NCBI GenBank assembly: GCA_951406725.2
Contig: OX597826.1
Coordinates: forward strand, 82,646,001 to 82,710,000
DNA length: 64,000 bases
Direction: 5' to 3'
Source of the DNA: Octopus vulgaris
Taxonomy: Eukaryota
The translations under genes and the position numbers were made by a program. The stretch's first letter is position 1. Each line of letters begins with the position of its first letter. Below the pieces are notes generated by a model. The model was not told where the DNA came from. It ran no database searches and saw only the letters and a program-made list of their open reading frames with translations. Positions 1 through 13,754 of the stretch are shown piece after piece.

Positions 1-45
1 AACGACCAACGGCCATCCTACAAAATAACATACCTACATACAAAC

Positions 46-345
46 AAAGGATGAAAGGCAAAGTCGAACTCGGCGGAGTTTGAACTCAGAACGTAGCGGC
101 AGACGAAATACTTATTTCTTTACTACACACAAGGGACTAAACACAGAGGGGACAAACAAGGACAGAAAAACAGATTAAGTTGATTACATCGACCCCAGTG
201 CGTAACTGGTACTTAATTTATCGACCCCGAGAAGATAAAAAGTAAAGTCGACCTCGATGAAATTTGAACTCAGAACGTAACGGCAGATGAAATATGGCTA
301 CGCATTTCGCCCGGTGCGCTAATGCTTCTGCCAGCTCGCCGCCTT
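46..345 (-). mobile_element. tRNA-derived SINE (family 1): near-full copy 112-345 followed directly by a partial second copy 46-111
   Basis: Minus strand reads AAGGCGGCGAGCTGGCAGAA...GTTCTGAGTTCAAATT (B-box-like)...GTCGACTTT...GGGGTCGATAAATTAAGTACCAG; same sequence recurs at 9205, 9421, 15799, 17059, 47495, 49331. Confidence 0.85.
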
Positions 346-559
346 GTAATTTACATTCTGACATGACAATCCCGTCGATGTTGTTTAATCAATAACTATA
401 AAGCTGAAAGGCGAAAAAGTTGTTTGTCTCATTTTGGGATGGGAACGGTGGTCTAAATGGAGCTGGAAGGGGATTAAAATTTACAGGAGGGGGTAACTTG
501 AGATGAGAAATTGACTGGGAGTGGTTGCTTTGCTGTGAAAACGGGGATTTTATTGATTT

Positions 560-763
560 TTGGAGACATATGGGGTTCTAGAATGGACACCTTTTGCCCG
601 ATTTTAATCAAATTTTCAACATGGTAAAGTAGAAGAGGATTTGTAATTTAAGCGCGGAAAATGGGTTCGAATTTTTGAAAATTAAGGCAAGATCTAAGAA
701 AAAGAAAGGAAGCAACGGAAATCACACCCTCACCCGCGCGTAGAGCGGGTCACCTTAAGCTAT
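560..763 (+). mobile_element. Probable 3' end of a non-autonomous Helitron
   Basis: GC hairpin ACCCGC(GCGTAGA)GCGGGT at 732-750 followed ~10 nt later by CTAT (CTRR-like); 5' boundary not defined. Confidence 0.45.
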
Positions 764-2214
764 TATGTGTGTGTGTGTGTGTGTGTGTGTGCATATAGTT
801 TGCACATAGTCTGCTTTGCTTCGGTCCCCTTCTGTTAGGTTGCTGAATTTATTTGGTTGATGGCCGATGCTGCTGTGAGAAATTGATTCCTCATCACTTT
901 TCTTAATCATTGCTGTGACTGGCTGTGTTTGGCTTCACTGAATATGATGGCGAAGTGAGATCGCTGGTCTCATGACTGCTTCTTGGATTGAAGACTAGCA
1001 TTTTGCATTTGACGATCCACCAGTTGAGCTCACTATTAACATAGGATTTGAGACTGTTGCTTTGGTTTTTCTGTTTAAATTTCTATACAGAATGATTTTG
1101 AGGTTTCGTCGCACATAAGTTAGATAGTCATCTTTACGATTTCGCCACTTTGTTCGACTCACAGTTCCGGTATTCCTTAGCTGTCTCGTGAAGGCGTGAG
1201 GACTAGTGTGTCTCAGGTGGTCGCACTCGATCCCATTTGCTTAAATTTTATGCATGCACTTTCCAATTAACTTGAAGCCAGCAAGGCGGAAATCGTCACC
1301 GATATTTTTGTCACTTCTGTATTTCTCATTCCTAAATACCAGGGAAAAATGCTGCGTAGGTGTTTGCTTATTATTTCGGTTTGGAAATGCTTTTAAATAT
1401 TTACACATCGAACTGTTTGATTTTCCTTTTCAAATGAAAGATATTTCACTTTAAAACTCTCTTGGCTCTTTTCATTTCGATTTTGGACAAAATGAGACCT
1501 TCCCTTGCAACTTCCATAAGACAGAGGTATGCTAGTTTCCTCTTCTCGCAAACCTTTGTAATTACTCCCAGAAAGCTGGCCCTAGTTTGGTGTAAAAAGC
1601 ATTATTTTGCATTTGATTTCTTTGGGAAATGTATCATGCCGAGGGTATTCCTTTTACACAATCCACGAGTTAATGTTTATTCTTGTTCGTGTTTTCGCCC
1701 GAAGCAATACGTGTTGTCATACTATTGTTGTTAATGTGATTGCTGTTGTGAATGATGATGATGATGATGATTGATGATGATGTTGCCGACACGATTTCTA
1801 CTTGCTTTAGTTGTGATGACTGTGTTTTTCTCTCTCTGAATATTTTCATTAGTCTTCTGTTTTTGTGAAAATATATTATTTTCAGATTTTCGATTTTCAT
1901 TTTAGTGGAGCACCATGACATGTTCACGATCTTTTAATGTTGGTGAGGTAAGAGAGACAAAAAAAATATTATCTAAATTAAAATTAAAATCTTATTTTGT
2001 TGTCAGACCTTGTAATGGGAAATTCAAATGCATGAATTTGTAGGCGAATATTTTTCGGCGAAACATTCTATTACTTTGAAGAGAGACTTGTAAAACAAAT
2101 CTCCTTCGTCAGCATTGACTACTACTACTACTGCTACTGCTACTACTACTACTAATAATAATAATGATGATGATGATGATAATAATAATAATAAATAAAT
2201 AAATAACATCTAAA

Positions 2215-2462
2215 TGAAGCGCGTAATGGAAGAAAAGAACAAGACTGAAATACAAAGCGCAGAGGTCATTTAGATCGAAAAGAGACCAGTCCATGGCCAG
2301 TTTTAGAGATCCGCTGCTGATTTTTGTAGATGTTCTACCTTCACACTTGCTCCGAAATCTTTCGGTTGTGTTGGTATTTGAGTGTTGAAACTTCCAAGTC
2401 CAACAATTACGACTGGTATCACGCCTACCCGCTTCATTAACTACAGCCTTCGTATTTCACAG
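2215..2462 (-). mobile_element. Degraded 3' fragment of an R4/Dong-type RLE LINE
   Basis: Minus translation EIRRL*LMKRVGVIPVVIVGLG...VEHLQKSA resembles the RLE C-terminal E-I-x-R-L-W...PVVIGALG...LQK motif; flanked by trinucleotide microsatellites. Confidence 0.6.
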
Positions 2463-3422
2463 TATTATTACAATTAATTATTATTATTATTATTATTATG
2501 TGGAGGAGGAGGAGGAGGAGGAGGAGGAGGAAGGGAGGAAGAGATGGTAGGTGAGGAAATTAGCGATTGATGATTTATGAAAATTGACTTGATACGGATT
2601 TCGTTCATTTAATATTATTTCAACAGAATTTTCATCCTTGTCGGGTTCCCATAGACACAATAATAATGAAATATGAAGAATGCACAAACGTGAATCTCTT
2701 CACAACATTCCTTTGTTCATAATTGGTTAAGACAAGAAAAAATGTTTAAAAAATAATCGGAGAGAAGCTTTAGTAAAATCGTTTTGTTTAAATCTCATGG
2801 GAACATCCTTTTTTATATCTACCCTACTCACCAGTAAGCGTAGAATGTTAGTAATTTACAAATATAACTGTTTCCAATTTGAAGATTGAAAATTCTGAGG
2901 GTTTATGAAAATGCGCACTTTCAGGGGTTCGCCAAAGTCCCAGTCATTTGGAGTTAGACGCTCGACAAGTTCAGTCAAGTATCGTCCTTGTGGCTGACGT
3001 CAGACTTATGCCTATTACATCTGTTGTTTAATTTGTTTGTAGTGTAGTCAACCTAAGTGAAGTCGTCTTTGATGAATTCCGATGCTTACACGAAATGGGA
3101 ATTGTTATAAATCGCAACTTCTGTATGAGTAATAATATTTCTTTTAGAACTTGCGATGGAGTTGATGGCACTCATACTGTTGCGCAATGAAAAGGGCTTA
3201 TCACTCCTGTGATTATTTTTATGGAAATAATATTTAGCTGACATTTGATTACGATAAGACGAACTAGTTAATATTATCCCTTTTTATAACGCTTAAAGGC
3301 AAAAACAAGCAGATGAAGAAATAGCTTTTTAAAAAAATGGACATTTTTCTAGCGTATTTTGATTAAATGTCTTGGATCATATTTGAAATGTGGAATCATC
3401 AAGTGTCTGCATATGAACAATC

Positions 3423-3522
3423 NNNNNNNNNNNNNNNNNNNNNNNNNNNNNNNNNNNNNNNNNNNNNNNNNNNNNNNNNNNNNNNNNNNNNNNNNNNNNN
3501 NNNNNNNNNNNNNNNNNNNNNN
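3423..3522. other. Assembly gap (100 N)
   Basis: Run of N. Confidence 0.99.
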
Positions 3523-6500
3523 TTACAATCAGAACTATTTTACCTTTTATTTTTTGTTGTAACTTAATAAAAGAAGCACTAGAAATTCACAGAGTTCGAT
3601 TCGAATTGCTATACTTCTTCAAATACTGTCACCGTGCGTTTGAATAAAATCATTATATTTAAATGCATTTTACTACTTCAACGACTATTGAACAAAGAAA
3701 AAATCGATATTTTCAGCGAAGAGGTTTATAACAACAAGAGATACCCATTCATTCTTGGGTTCCAATAACCGTAGTATGATATGCATATTTGAAAATGTGT
3801 TAATGAAATACTTGTATGATAACTAGGAAATGTATTGTATTAATTAAATTAATGAGATAAATGTAGACAATTCACTTTTCTATAAATGTTCTTATTTTTA
3901 ATGTCATGCGTACATATATCTTGATACTATTTCAATAAAATAAACATGTTTTTGTCGGAATTTGAGGGACAGATTGTTTTTATATAGGCACAAGTGCAAA
4001 ACCATTAGGGCGAGAATGAGTGCTCAGTCATATGTGATATTTTGTTCAACACTTATTCGAATCTGATAATCCACCGATTTTTAAAATCAAGGTTAAAACA
4101 TTCATTAATTCTAATAAAGAGTTTTAACGAATCAAGATTTTTCATATGACATTCAGTAAAACGAATTCTGTTTTTCCAGCCTTCATAGTCAACTCATGTA
4201 TACCTTCACCTCCTCATATATATGTTTTCACTTAATATACACCTTCCAGTTCGTCAATAGCTTATAGCTTTCATAGCAATAACATCTATGTAGAATTTCC
4301 AAACGTTGTTGTGTGAAGGCATTTAACGAGAGAACAAGAGAAGTCAAAGTCAACAATGGCGTGTTTAATCCTGGTTTTACATAGTTTCTGAGTTATTTAA
4401 AACTTTTCATTGATCAAATCGCAATTTTGTTCTTGGAAATTAAACTCCATTGAAATTTTGAAACTCAATGAATTTGCTGATCAATGGTGTCTAATTGTAT
4501 TACAGTTACACGTGACGCAAGACTGAAAAAAAAACTTCGTCTTGACTGGAAAAAATAGAAATAAAAATCATAGGAAAAAGACTTGATTTAACATTTTTGT
4601 ACAAAAGATTTTCTTACTTCTCAACAGTTCTACATTTCTCTGGTAGCACTCTGTACAGGGAAATATTAAAAAATCTCTTTAATTAAGTTATGTTTAATCA
4701 GTAAGGTGAAACATTATATTTAACATATGGATATCCTATTTCCGGGCAATATACTGGATTATCTTTGTGTAAACCTACGGCCAAATTTGTATGTGAAAAT
4801 GAATAGTTCATAAAATACAAGGGTACACTATGTAGGATAACGAAATCTGAATGTAGTGATATGAATATAAATACTGTAAAACATTGCACCGGCATACCGA
4901 CGACTCTTTCCGCCCCAGAGTCTGTCAACATGTAATATATTGATTTTTTTAAAAATTAGGAACAAAATGAAGAGGTCTAATGGATCAAGTCGACGCCAGT
5001 TCTTAAGTAGTATTTATCCTTTAATCCAGGAAGATATGAATTCAGAATGTAATAAATATAACGAAAAGTATAATTGCCCCAGTGATGACTATTTTAACCA
5101 ATTTTTCTGAAGAGGCACAGTGTCACATAACTTGGGGAGGGTCCAGTCGAGTAGGACGATTCAGCTCTTCACTGGTCGTTATTGTGTCGACCTCTGGAAG
5201 GCATATGACAAATGCGAAACTACCGGGATTGATTCGAAATCAGAACCTAAATATGGAGGTAGTTTAACACGGCAAGGCATATCGTCTCTGTTGATCAAAG
5301 CATTCTTTTGTAATATATTGATTCTGACATTGCGTCATATTTCGGGGAGAGGTATAATAGATTATATCGATCATAATAATTGACAGGTATTTACCGAAGC
5401 CAAGAAGGGAAACCTCTAAACTGCCAATCGATCTTCTAGAAAATAGCTGTTTAATCTACTTCTAATAACATTCCAAAGTTGCCTAAAATAAAAATAAAAG
5501 ACATATTGGATAATGTGGTCATATATATATACAATGTTTGAATAATGAGCTCAGGTTAAACACTATCAACAAATAGTATTCATTACTCGGCAGAATGTAG
5601 AAGAGATCTAATATTGACAACGAAATGATTTAAACGTGAAACTTAAAGGAAGCAAGCTAAATATTGCATAAGAACATTTAATCCGTTGTTACAGCACATA
5701 GTTTTCATCCTTGTGCTGCTCTGTTGGAAAAAATATAACAGCGATGATGCACTGAATAATATATTAGAAACGTAGGTTACAGAAGTATGTTGCAGTCGTT
5801 CAGTTTGCGTGGTCACAGACGGGCAGTTATCATTAATTTCGTTTGTAATTAACTGCCTAACACATCATGCCCCAAGTGCAGATGTCTGCCAATGCACAAA
5901 ATCATAGAATCAAATTATAAAGAGGAATGAATAAACGATTGGAAGGAACATGGTAAAAAAACCTGATGGGCAATATGGATGGCCACTATAGCACAATCTC
6001 CGGACCAGGTTGGGTGGAAATATAAAAACAATGACTCAGAGTAATGTTTGGCATGACGGTAAGGGGTTTGGCAGTGGCCCTTCTGCAGACGCCACACCTA
6101 CGAATCAACGTATTTAGGAAGATCCCCCGTGCAAGATCGAGATTGCAGAAAAGACGGGTAGTCTATACTTGGTTAGGTTATATCCATTCGAAAAGACACC
6201 TGCCGAAGTAACTGCGTAGAATGTGCTGGAAATCTACAGGTCAACTGCAAAATTAGAGGCATCATAAACTGGATAAAGTGCCCGGAAAGAAACTGGACAG
6301 TTTACCCCGAGTCCGACATAGCAGAAACTTGTTGGAGTATTAGTGAAAGATACAACGGAGGAGGCTGCATGTCTTGTCTAAACATACATCAGATATCATG
6401 TTAAGACAAGTCTTTGAGTTTCTCTTTATATGGACGCACAAACCCAACATCAACCGCAAGTCCGAATGGGGTCACACCTCCCTTAACACTATCCTCACTG

Positions 6501-6559
6501 TCCCTTTTCTTTCAAATTATTTTCTTTTATTTACTTATTTATCTGTTTCTGAATATTGA

Positions 6560-6594
<35 letters not shown>

Positions 6595-6815
6595 TTATCT
6601 ACGATATATATATGTGTGTGTGTGTGTAAATATGAAAATTCTTAGTAATTTTTAATCGTTTCACATTTTTCATATTTATATTTAATTTATCTTTAATTGA
6701 TCCTGATATAATTTTATCTTTTCCATTTAATTCTTCTTACCACTCTCTCAGCACAAGCCCCTCTTCCTCCTCCTCCTCCTCCTCATCATCATCATCATCA
6801 TCATCATCCTCATTA

Positions 6816-6846
<31 letters not shown>

Positions 6847-6859
6847 TATTATTATTATT

Positions 6860-7474
6860 GGCGCGGAACTGCCATCGGATGGAGCTGCCCGAAATGTACG
6901 CAGAGCGATGAAATCGTTCTGCACGCACTCGCCCAGAGCCCAGAGCCCAGAGACGTGTGGGTTCGTGTCGAGCACTTGCCGTCGCGTGTCGCACGAATCC
7001 AGCTCTCAACTGAGTCTATTGTTAAGATTGTTGTGTCCCCTTCCTTTGTCGGCAAGGCCGGATAGTTTTTATTTGCCTGGTCACCATGGTGAAAGAGGTT
7101 GTGTGGTGGACAAAAGTGAAAGGGCTGAAGACGAGCACTTTCTTCTCTGGTGAATGTCTGATCTTTCAGGTTCCACTTGCCGAGGTATATCAGAGTGGAG
7201 AGGGAAGGGGCTCCCTTCAAGTGGATAAGAGTGGTGGGCATGGTTCGTGTGAACGGGTCTGCTCTGAGCATGCTCTTCTGTGTGGTCAAGGACATCGCTA
7301 TTTTCTGTGGGGTTTGCATGGGGTTCCCTTCGAAGTCACTCCCCAACTATTGGGGAAATGCAATTGTTTCATTTCATCGTTCATTGTTTTATATGTTTAC
7401 ACGGTAATCCCCCACCTCACTTTTATTCGCATCCCTGTGTGTCTTATGTAGGCCAATGAGGCCAATAAAGAAAA
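6860..7474 (+). mobile_element. 5'-truncated L1/Tx1-type LINE 3' end (decayed ORF2 C-terminus + 3'UTR)
   Basis: From 6886 CPKCTQSDEIVLHAL (zinc-knuckle CPxC..E...H), later LVTMVKEVVWWT and IRVERE...KWIRV; GC-rich island ending with AATAAA (7464) and ATT repeats; (ATT)n also at the 5' flank. Confidence 0.65.
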
Positions 7475-7544
7475 CATCATTATTATTTTTCGTTTGGGGA
7501 TTTGGTTTGCTAGATTCTATAAGTGAGTTCGTGTGTTGAAGCAT

Positions 7545-7758
7545 ATTCTGTTGTGTCTGGGGAGAGTCATTTTCTTTTTATTGTCCTAAAACTTTCGTTG
7601 CGTCTTGCAACCTTTTCAATAGTTTTGAGTCAAAACTACTGAAAAGGTTGCAAGACGCAACGAAAATTTTAGGAAAATAAAAAATAAGAAAAACGTGGAA
7701 ATTTTACCGGTGAGTGTGTTAAATAAAAGAAAATGACTCTCCCCAGACACAACAGAAT
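7545..7758. repeat. ~210 bp palindrome with asymmetric insert
   Basis: Inner arms CCTAAAA...TAGTTTTGA-g-TCAAAACTA...TTTTAGG centred at 7629; outer arms ATTCTGTTGTGTCTGGGGAGAGTCATTTTCTTTT / AAAAGAAAATGACTCTCCCCAGACACAACAGAAT. Confidence 0.95.
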
Positions 7759-8800
7759 TATTATTATTACTGGCAGAAAAACCGCTCCCCAGGCGGTTTC
7801 CTCCTGGCATATGTGCTTCGCATATTGATATTTATATATTCCCGTAGATATGATACATAAATTATAGATTGAATTGACAATATGTTAATAAATTGAAAAC
7901 AGCCTCTGTTACAGTTTATTTCGGAAGCAGTAAAATAATCCATGATACATTTAAAAAAGACGATAATGAAAATTGGGAAAGAGATGTCACAGCCAAGAGA
8001 AGATGTTCGTGAATCGTCACTTGAGCGAATTTGAAAATAGATTCTCTTCTGGGAATTAATGAATTTACCAATATGAAGAATTGTGTTTTGCTATATTGTT
8101 CTTTCATTATATTCACTTATAGACGTCTTAAGTTTTCCTAACGTCCCTTTCCTAGCAATTAAAAAGAAACTTAAATACATTTTAATTGGAAGAGAGTAAT
8201 TAATGTCTCACATCACTTTAGAACTTTTTGCAGACATCATTGCCAGCGAATGGACCCCTTTCGTTTATCTCGGTTAATATTTTTATACTTTCTTTTCTTG
8301 ACGTACTTGATAATTTAACATATATCTGATCATGTGCGAAGAATTGTGTTGGGAGATGATATTATTGACTAAATAATTTCAAGGTGGTACTCCAGCATGA
8401 CCACAGCCTAACCCAATTTGAAAACTTAATTCTATTAAATAGGAATTGTTGTTTTTGTACTACATAATACTTTTTAAAATAATTTACTCACGTGTTTTAT
8501 TGTTGTTTTTTTTTTCGCTTTATTACATTTTTTGTGAACGCGAAAGAAAACTATTTATTTACATATGGAATTCAAACGGAAGTTGATATTTAAAACAGAA
8601 GCGATTCTTGTAATATTAAGCATTATAATTTATGTTTAATATGCAAATAAACTTTATAGCTTAAATTTCTTTTAATATTCATTTCTAATTTCTTCAAAGT
8701 AATATGATATTTTTTAATAGCGTGGGGAAAAAACCGGACAGTCTCGCACTTCTTCAATCATTATAATATAGATTATACTATTATTATTATTAATGTTATC

Positions 8801-9140
8801 ATAAAGCATCTTTAGAGAGTTATAGCCAAAAAATAGCAAAAAAATGGAAAAAAAATGATGGTAAATTTTTTTTTGAGAGTAAAAAAGGTTGAGTTGCGTC
8901 CCCTAGACAGTCTGTGGTTTGTTTTTTTTTATTCTCGACCCCATGTCGAATTTATCGATTTTTTTCAGAACTGGGGGAACTTTTCAAAATTTTCGCTGCG
9001 TTAGTTTTGAATTATGACATTGGGCTATGTGTGTGTCAAGTTTCATCAGAATCGGTTGAAAGCCGTGGTCAGGGTGAGGGTACGAGAAAACAGACACACA
9101 GAAACACGCACAGACAAACTGCCGTTTATATATAGAGAGA
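8801..9140 (-). mobile_element. Non-autonomous Helitron, 3'-truncated copy of the element at 34207-34573
   Basis: Highly similar in reverse orientation to 34207-34530; begins A|TC TCTCTATATATAAACGGCAG on minus strand. Confidence 0.8.
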
Positions 9141-9204
9141 TACTATTATTATTATTAATGTTATCATCAGCATCATCATCATCAGCAGCAGCATCATCAT
9201 TATT

Positions 9205-9592
9205 AGGGTGGCAAGCTGGCAGAATCATTAGTGCGCCTGACGAAATGCTTAGCGTTCTGAATTCAAATTCCGCCGAGGTCGACTTTGCTTTTCATCCTTT
9301 CGAGGTCGATAAGTTAAGTACCAGTTGAACACTGGGGTCGATGTAATCGACTCATTTCCTTCCCCAGAATAACTGCCCTTGTGGCAAAATTCGAAACCAT
9401 TATAATTTATGATTATGATTAAGGTGGCCAGCTGCTAGAATCGTTAGCGAAACGCTTAGCGGGAATTTTACCCATCGACACGTTCTGAGTTTAAATTCCA
9501 CCGATGTCGACTTTGACTTTTATCCTTTCGGAGTTGATGAAATTAAAAAGCAGTGAAACAAGGAAGTCGATGTAATAGACTAGTCCCTCCCA
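9205..9592 (+). mobile_element. Two tandem copies of tRNA-derived SINE family 1 (9205-9399, 9421-9592)
   Basis: Both carry GCTGGCAGAATC-like head, TTCTGARTTYAAATTCC box and GTCGACTTTG...CCTTTCG core. Confidence 0.8.
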
Positions 9593-9697
9593 TTTTCCTG
9601 CATTCATTTCTGTCTTGAGTATTGCCCTTACCCTGCGATAACATTCTCTTCTGGTCCTTTTTCCCATCATTGAATGTTTGATTATTATTATTATTAC

Positions 9698-9767
<70 letters not shown>

Positions 9768-9768
<1 letters not shown>

Positions 9769-10862
9769 TATGTTTGACTTTTGCTTTATGTGTGTACAAG
9801 TTGGCTCCAAGTCTCACCCAGAGACCTCAAGAGACAACAGGTTGGAAGTTCTGTGCCATATATTTGGGGGTTTTTTTTTGGGTGGGGGGGTTGTACTAGT
9901 GAATGTCTAATACATTAAAAAAAAAAGTTTGTTTTAAACCTTGGGATTACATAGAGAGTATTTTGCGTAGGATATGAGCAGTTTCCATGAGCACACTATC
10001 TTTTGAATTTCTGCCATTTTGAGGTTTCCTGGTATCTGAGTTAGGTAGCAATCAGCCCCTTTCGCTATCATTCCCAGGGCACCTATGACAACAGGTATTG
10101 TTTTAGTCTTCAGGTTCCACATTTTGCTGATTTCTATTTCAAGATCTTTATATTTGCTCAGTTTTTGGTAGGTCTTGACAGATACGTTTATATCGATTGG
10201 GACAGTCATATCAATGAGGAGGCATGTTCTTTGTCTGAAGTCTTTCAATATAATATCTGGCCTGTTTGCATCTATCTTTCTGTCAGTTTGAATGGTGAAG
10301 TTCCAGAGGAGCGAGATGTGGTCATTTTCAAGCACTGGAGGTGGATTGTGTTCCCACCAGTTTTTTTCATGGGGCAAATCCAGGTTTTTGCAAATTACCC
10401 AGTGAATATATTGTGCAGCTCTATCATGCCTGATGAGGTACCCTGTAGGTGCTAGACGACTGCACTTGGAGACAATATGATCAATGGTTTCATTTTGTTG
10501 TCGACATACACGACATGTTGGGCTACTGCCGTTCTTTAATATGTTGGCCTGGTAGTTTCTTGTTGGTAGGCATTGATCTTGAGCTGCTATGATAAACCCT
10601 TCTGTTTCAGATTTTAAGCCAGAGGCCATTAGCCATTGATGGCTCAGGGCTTTGTCAATATCTGCATTATTCGCTCTCTTAGGATATTTGCCATTGGGAG
10701 GTTTTTCTTGCCATTTATTATTCAGAATATCTAAGGCCGCAGTTTTGGCACGGGTTTTCATGCGCTTAGCTTTTTCTGTGCTTGTTTCTTGTATGACTAT
10801 CTCTAATTCCAAAATTTGTTGTATTCGGAATTCACTTAGATATTCCTTTGCCTGTTTTGTTT
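9768..10862 (-). mobile_element. 5'-truncated R4/Dong-type RLE non-LTR retrotransposon in (TAA)n microsatellite
   Basis: ORF 9934-10812 plus 3'UTR ending ...CAAAAGTCAAACATAG(AAT)n; 3'UTR repeated at 62405-62638; TTA/CAT repeats at both ends. Confidence 0.9.
9934..10812 (-). CDS. C-terminal part of RLE-LINE polyprotein: CCHC knuckle + restriction-like endonuclease
   Basis: ETEGFIIAAQDQ, CRVC...ETIDHIVSKC, RHD, RPDII...IDMTVP...KLSKYKDL, PVVIGALG; likely frameshift near the C-terminus. Confidence 0.9.
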   Translation of the reverse strand: MELEIVIQETSTEKAKRMKTRAKTAALDILNNKWQEKPPNGKYPKRANNADIDKALSHQWLMASGLKSETEGFIIAAQDQCLPTRNYQANILKNGSSPTCRVCRQQNETIDHIVSKCSRLAPTGYLIRHDRAAQYIHWVICKNLDLPHEKNWWEHNPPPVLENDHISLLWNFTIQTDRKIDANRPDIILKDFRQRTCLLIDMTVPIDINVSVKTYQKLSKYKDLEIEISKMWNLKTKTIPVVIGALGMIAKGADCYLTQIPGNLKMAEIQKIVCSWKLLISYAKYSLCNPKV

Positions 10863-10891
10863 TATTATTGTTATTATTATCATTATCATCG

Positions 10892-10969
<78 letters not shown>

Positions 10970-13010
10970 CCATTATCACTATCATTGTTATTATTATTGT
11001 TATTATTATCGTTTTTATTATTATTATTATTGGTATTAATATGAAAGAAATCTTCATTATTAGTATATCTAAAAGTGCTATTCTACTACTACATCTCCTA
11101 CAGCCGTTGCATTTGCCGTTAGAACTACAACACTTATTGCTGCAACTGATGCTACTACTGCCGCTGCTGCTGCTGCCACCGTCACGGCTACAGTAACAAC
11201 GGCTATCACTAGTACTACTGCTACTACCACCACGGCTATAACAGCAACAAGAATAACTACTACTATTACTACAACTCAAACGTGTTCTGTTCAGAAAGTC
11301 TCTCCTTGGAACCGTCACTCTTCCGACTCATTGTTTTTGTGCCAAGGATGAGAGAATGACTAAAAAAGAATGGTTTATACGAAAAGCAGCTAAATGCCAA
11401 AGGTCCTACAATAACTCCCCAGCTATGACCACACAACAAAAAGACCGACTTATGCAATAACGAATACAAAAACAAAAACGATATTAACGTTCCCAAATTT
11501 TACAAACACTTTACATACCAGTGTAGAAGCCTTTACATGTAACGTCAGTGACCAACCAGGTCGGAATTTGGAGCGACGAAAGTTTTGACATCATATTACC
11601 AATTATAGGAGTTAAAATTCTTTTTCAGTTTCTGAATTGCTTATACGCGTCTCCCGCATTGCGATTGCATTTAGCTGCACCAGTTTCATTTGTAATGTGT
11701 TCTTCTGTGTGAAATGATATGATGCATCTAAGATAACAATCACAAAATCGGTTTAGATTTGGTACTTTGGTCACGCTTTGAATTTCTCAGTAACCGACCT
11801 TACCCAAGTTATCTGCCGGTCAACATTTGAATTATTTCAATTAACCGTTATTTCTTGTAATGATGCTGCAGAATGTACACCTCTCCAGATGCTGCTTCAT
11901 AAATCTTTGAATCAGCAAAACTGTAGCATTTCTAGAAAAGATAGAAACAAGTTGGTGGGGCAGATTTGCAATTTTTCATGCGTATTTCACGCTGTTTGAA
12001 TCACGTGAATTGTCCTGCCTTTTAACCAATATCGTCAGATTTCCGGTTGGAGCCGAATCACATGATCATTTATTTATTTACGTGTTTTGATTACTGCTTT
12101 GCGGTATTTCAGAATTCTGCATCGAAATATTTGTACTGGAAGCAGCTTAGATCATCTTGTTCCTTGGAATATGGTGTGCATATGAGAAAAAGAGTTTTCA
12201 AAGATTTGGACATCGAAAGCAATATTGAAATATACAGGAGTTCCATTGAAATGGGCACAAAATTTTCGATGAAAAACCAGGTGATTTTGCAAGAGAGTGT
12301 GAATCGAAGACAAGTAGTTGAAAAAATGAATTCTTATTTTCTGATGCTGGCTGTCTGGAAAATTCAATAAGGATGAAAATATTGATGATCCAGTGGACTG
12401 CCACTTTGCAAGACGACCAATTTAAAAGCACATCAGGATTTCATATACTGTTTCAAAAAATATGGCGTACCACCAGGCATGCGAACCAACGCATGCAACG
12501 ATCTAGTTTTAGACAAGCAAGAACTTTCAACCGTTTATCCTAAGCATTCACCATCTATTTTAGACTCTTACTGAAGAATGAGCAATAACATGACTTGTGG
12601 CGTCAGGAGTGCATATACTTCAAATTCAGTTTCAAAAGATAGTCTACACAAAGTTCTATTTTATGGGAGCACAATCGAGATCAGATGAATCGTCATGTTG
12701 GAGAGGATCAAATGTTGGTGTTCTAAAATGGCGTTGTGCGGATTACATAATCAAATGTGTCCTTCTATTCTTAATATGATGGCATATAATTTCAAGGAAA
12801 TTCGGTTACTACTTCTAGCAGACAATGTTCCGCTGACGCTTGTGTTCTTAACTTGTGATTGTTGCATAATTATGAAAGATATTTCGTAATAGAAAGACTA
12901 CAATTTGTGTCCCCGAATGATTGCAGTAAATTAAGAAACTTAATATTTCTTATGTAACAGGTGTTTGTTATGAACGGTATTAACAAATCAATAACCACAA
13001 CGATAGATGG

Positions 13011-13208
<198 letters not shown>

Positions 13209-13723
13209 TACACTAAATTGATGCACTAAAATGATACATAAGCTTGTATCAATGAAAGGAAGGAATGGTGGAAGTGAGAGGGGGAAACTAAGAAACACTA
13301 AATCATAGCTAGATTTTAAAAAAGGCAAATTACGGTGATATAAAAGTTTAAATGGATTGGTAAATAGAATGGGTGGTGAGAGCTTGTTGAGATAAGAATA
13401 AGAGATGAATATGATGGAGAAAAGCAATTGGGATGAGAGATAAATCGTGTGTGGATATTACTGGGCGAGAGGTGGATAATGTTCGAAGCGGAAGAATGGC
13501 AGCTGAGAAGGAGTACGGTCAGTTATTTGGGTTGTGTATGCTTCATTTAGTCCAAGAATCCACAGCACATAGCCTTTGCTGGAGCAGTATTTGTTAAGTC
13601 AAATTTGGTAGACGGAAGGAAATCCATTGTGCGTACATTTACACGCACACATACATATGTGTGTGTATTTGTGTGTGCATGAGTATGTCTTGATGGATGG
13701 ATGGATGTGTGCGTGCGTGCGTG

Positions 13724-13754
<31 letters not shown>

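Noticed and set aside
11510-12960. Microsatellite-free stretch with coding-like composition
   Set aside because: Frames examined are interrupted and no recognisable motif; probably old TE, needs BLASTX
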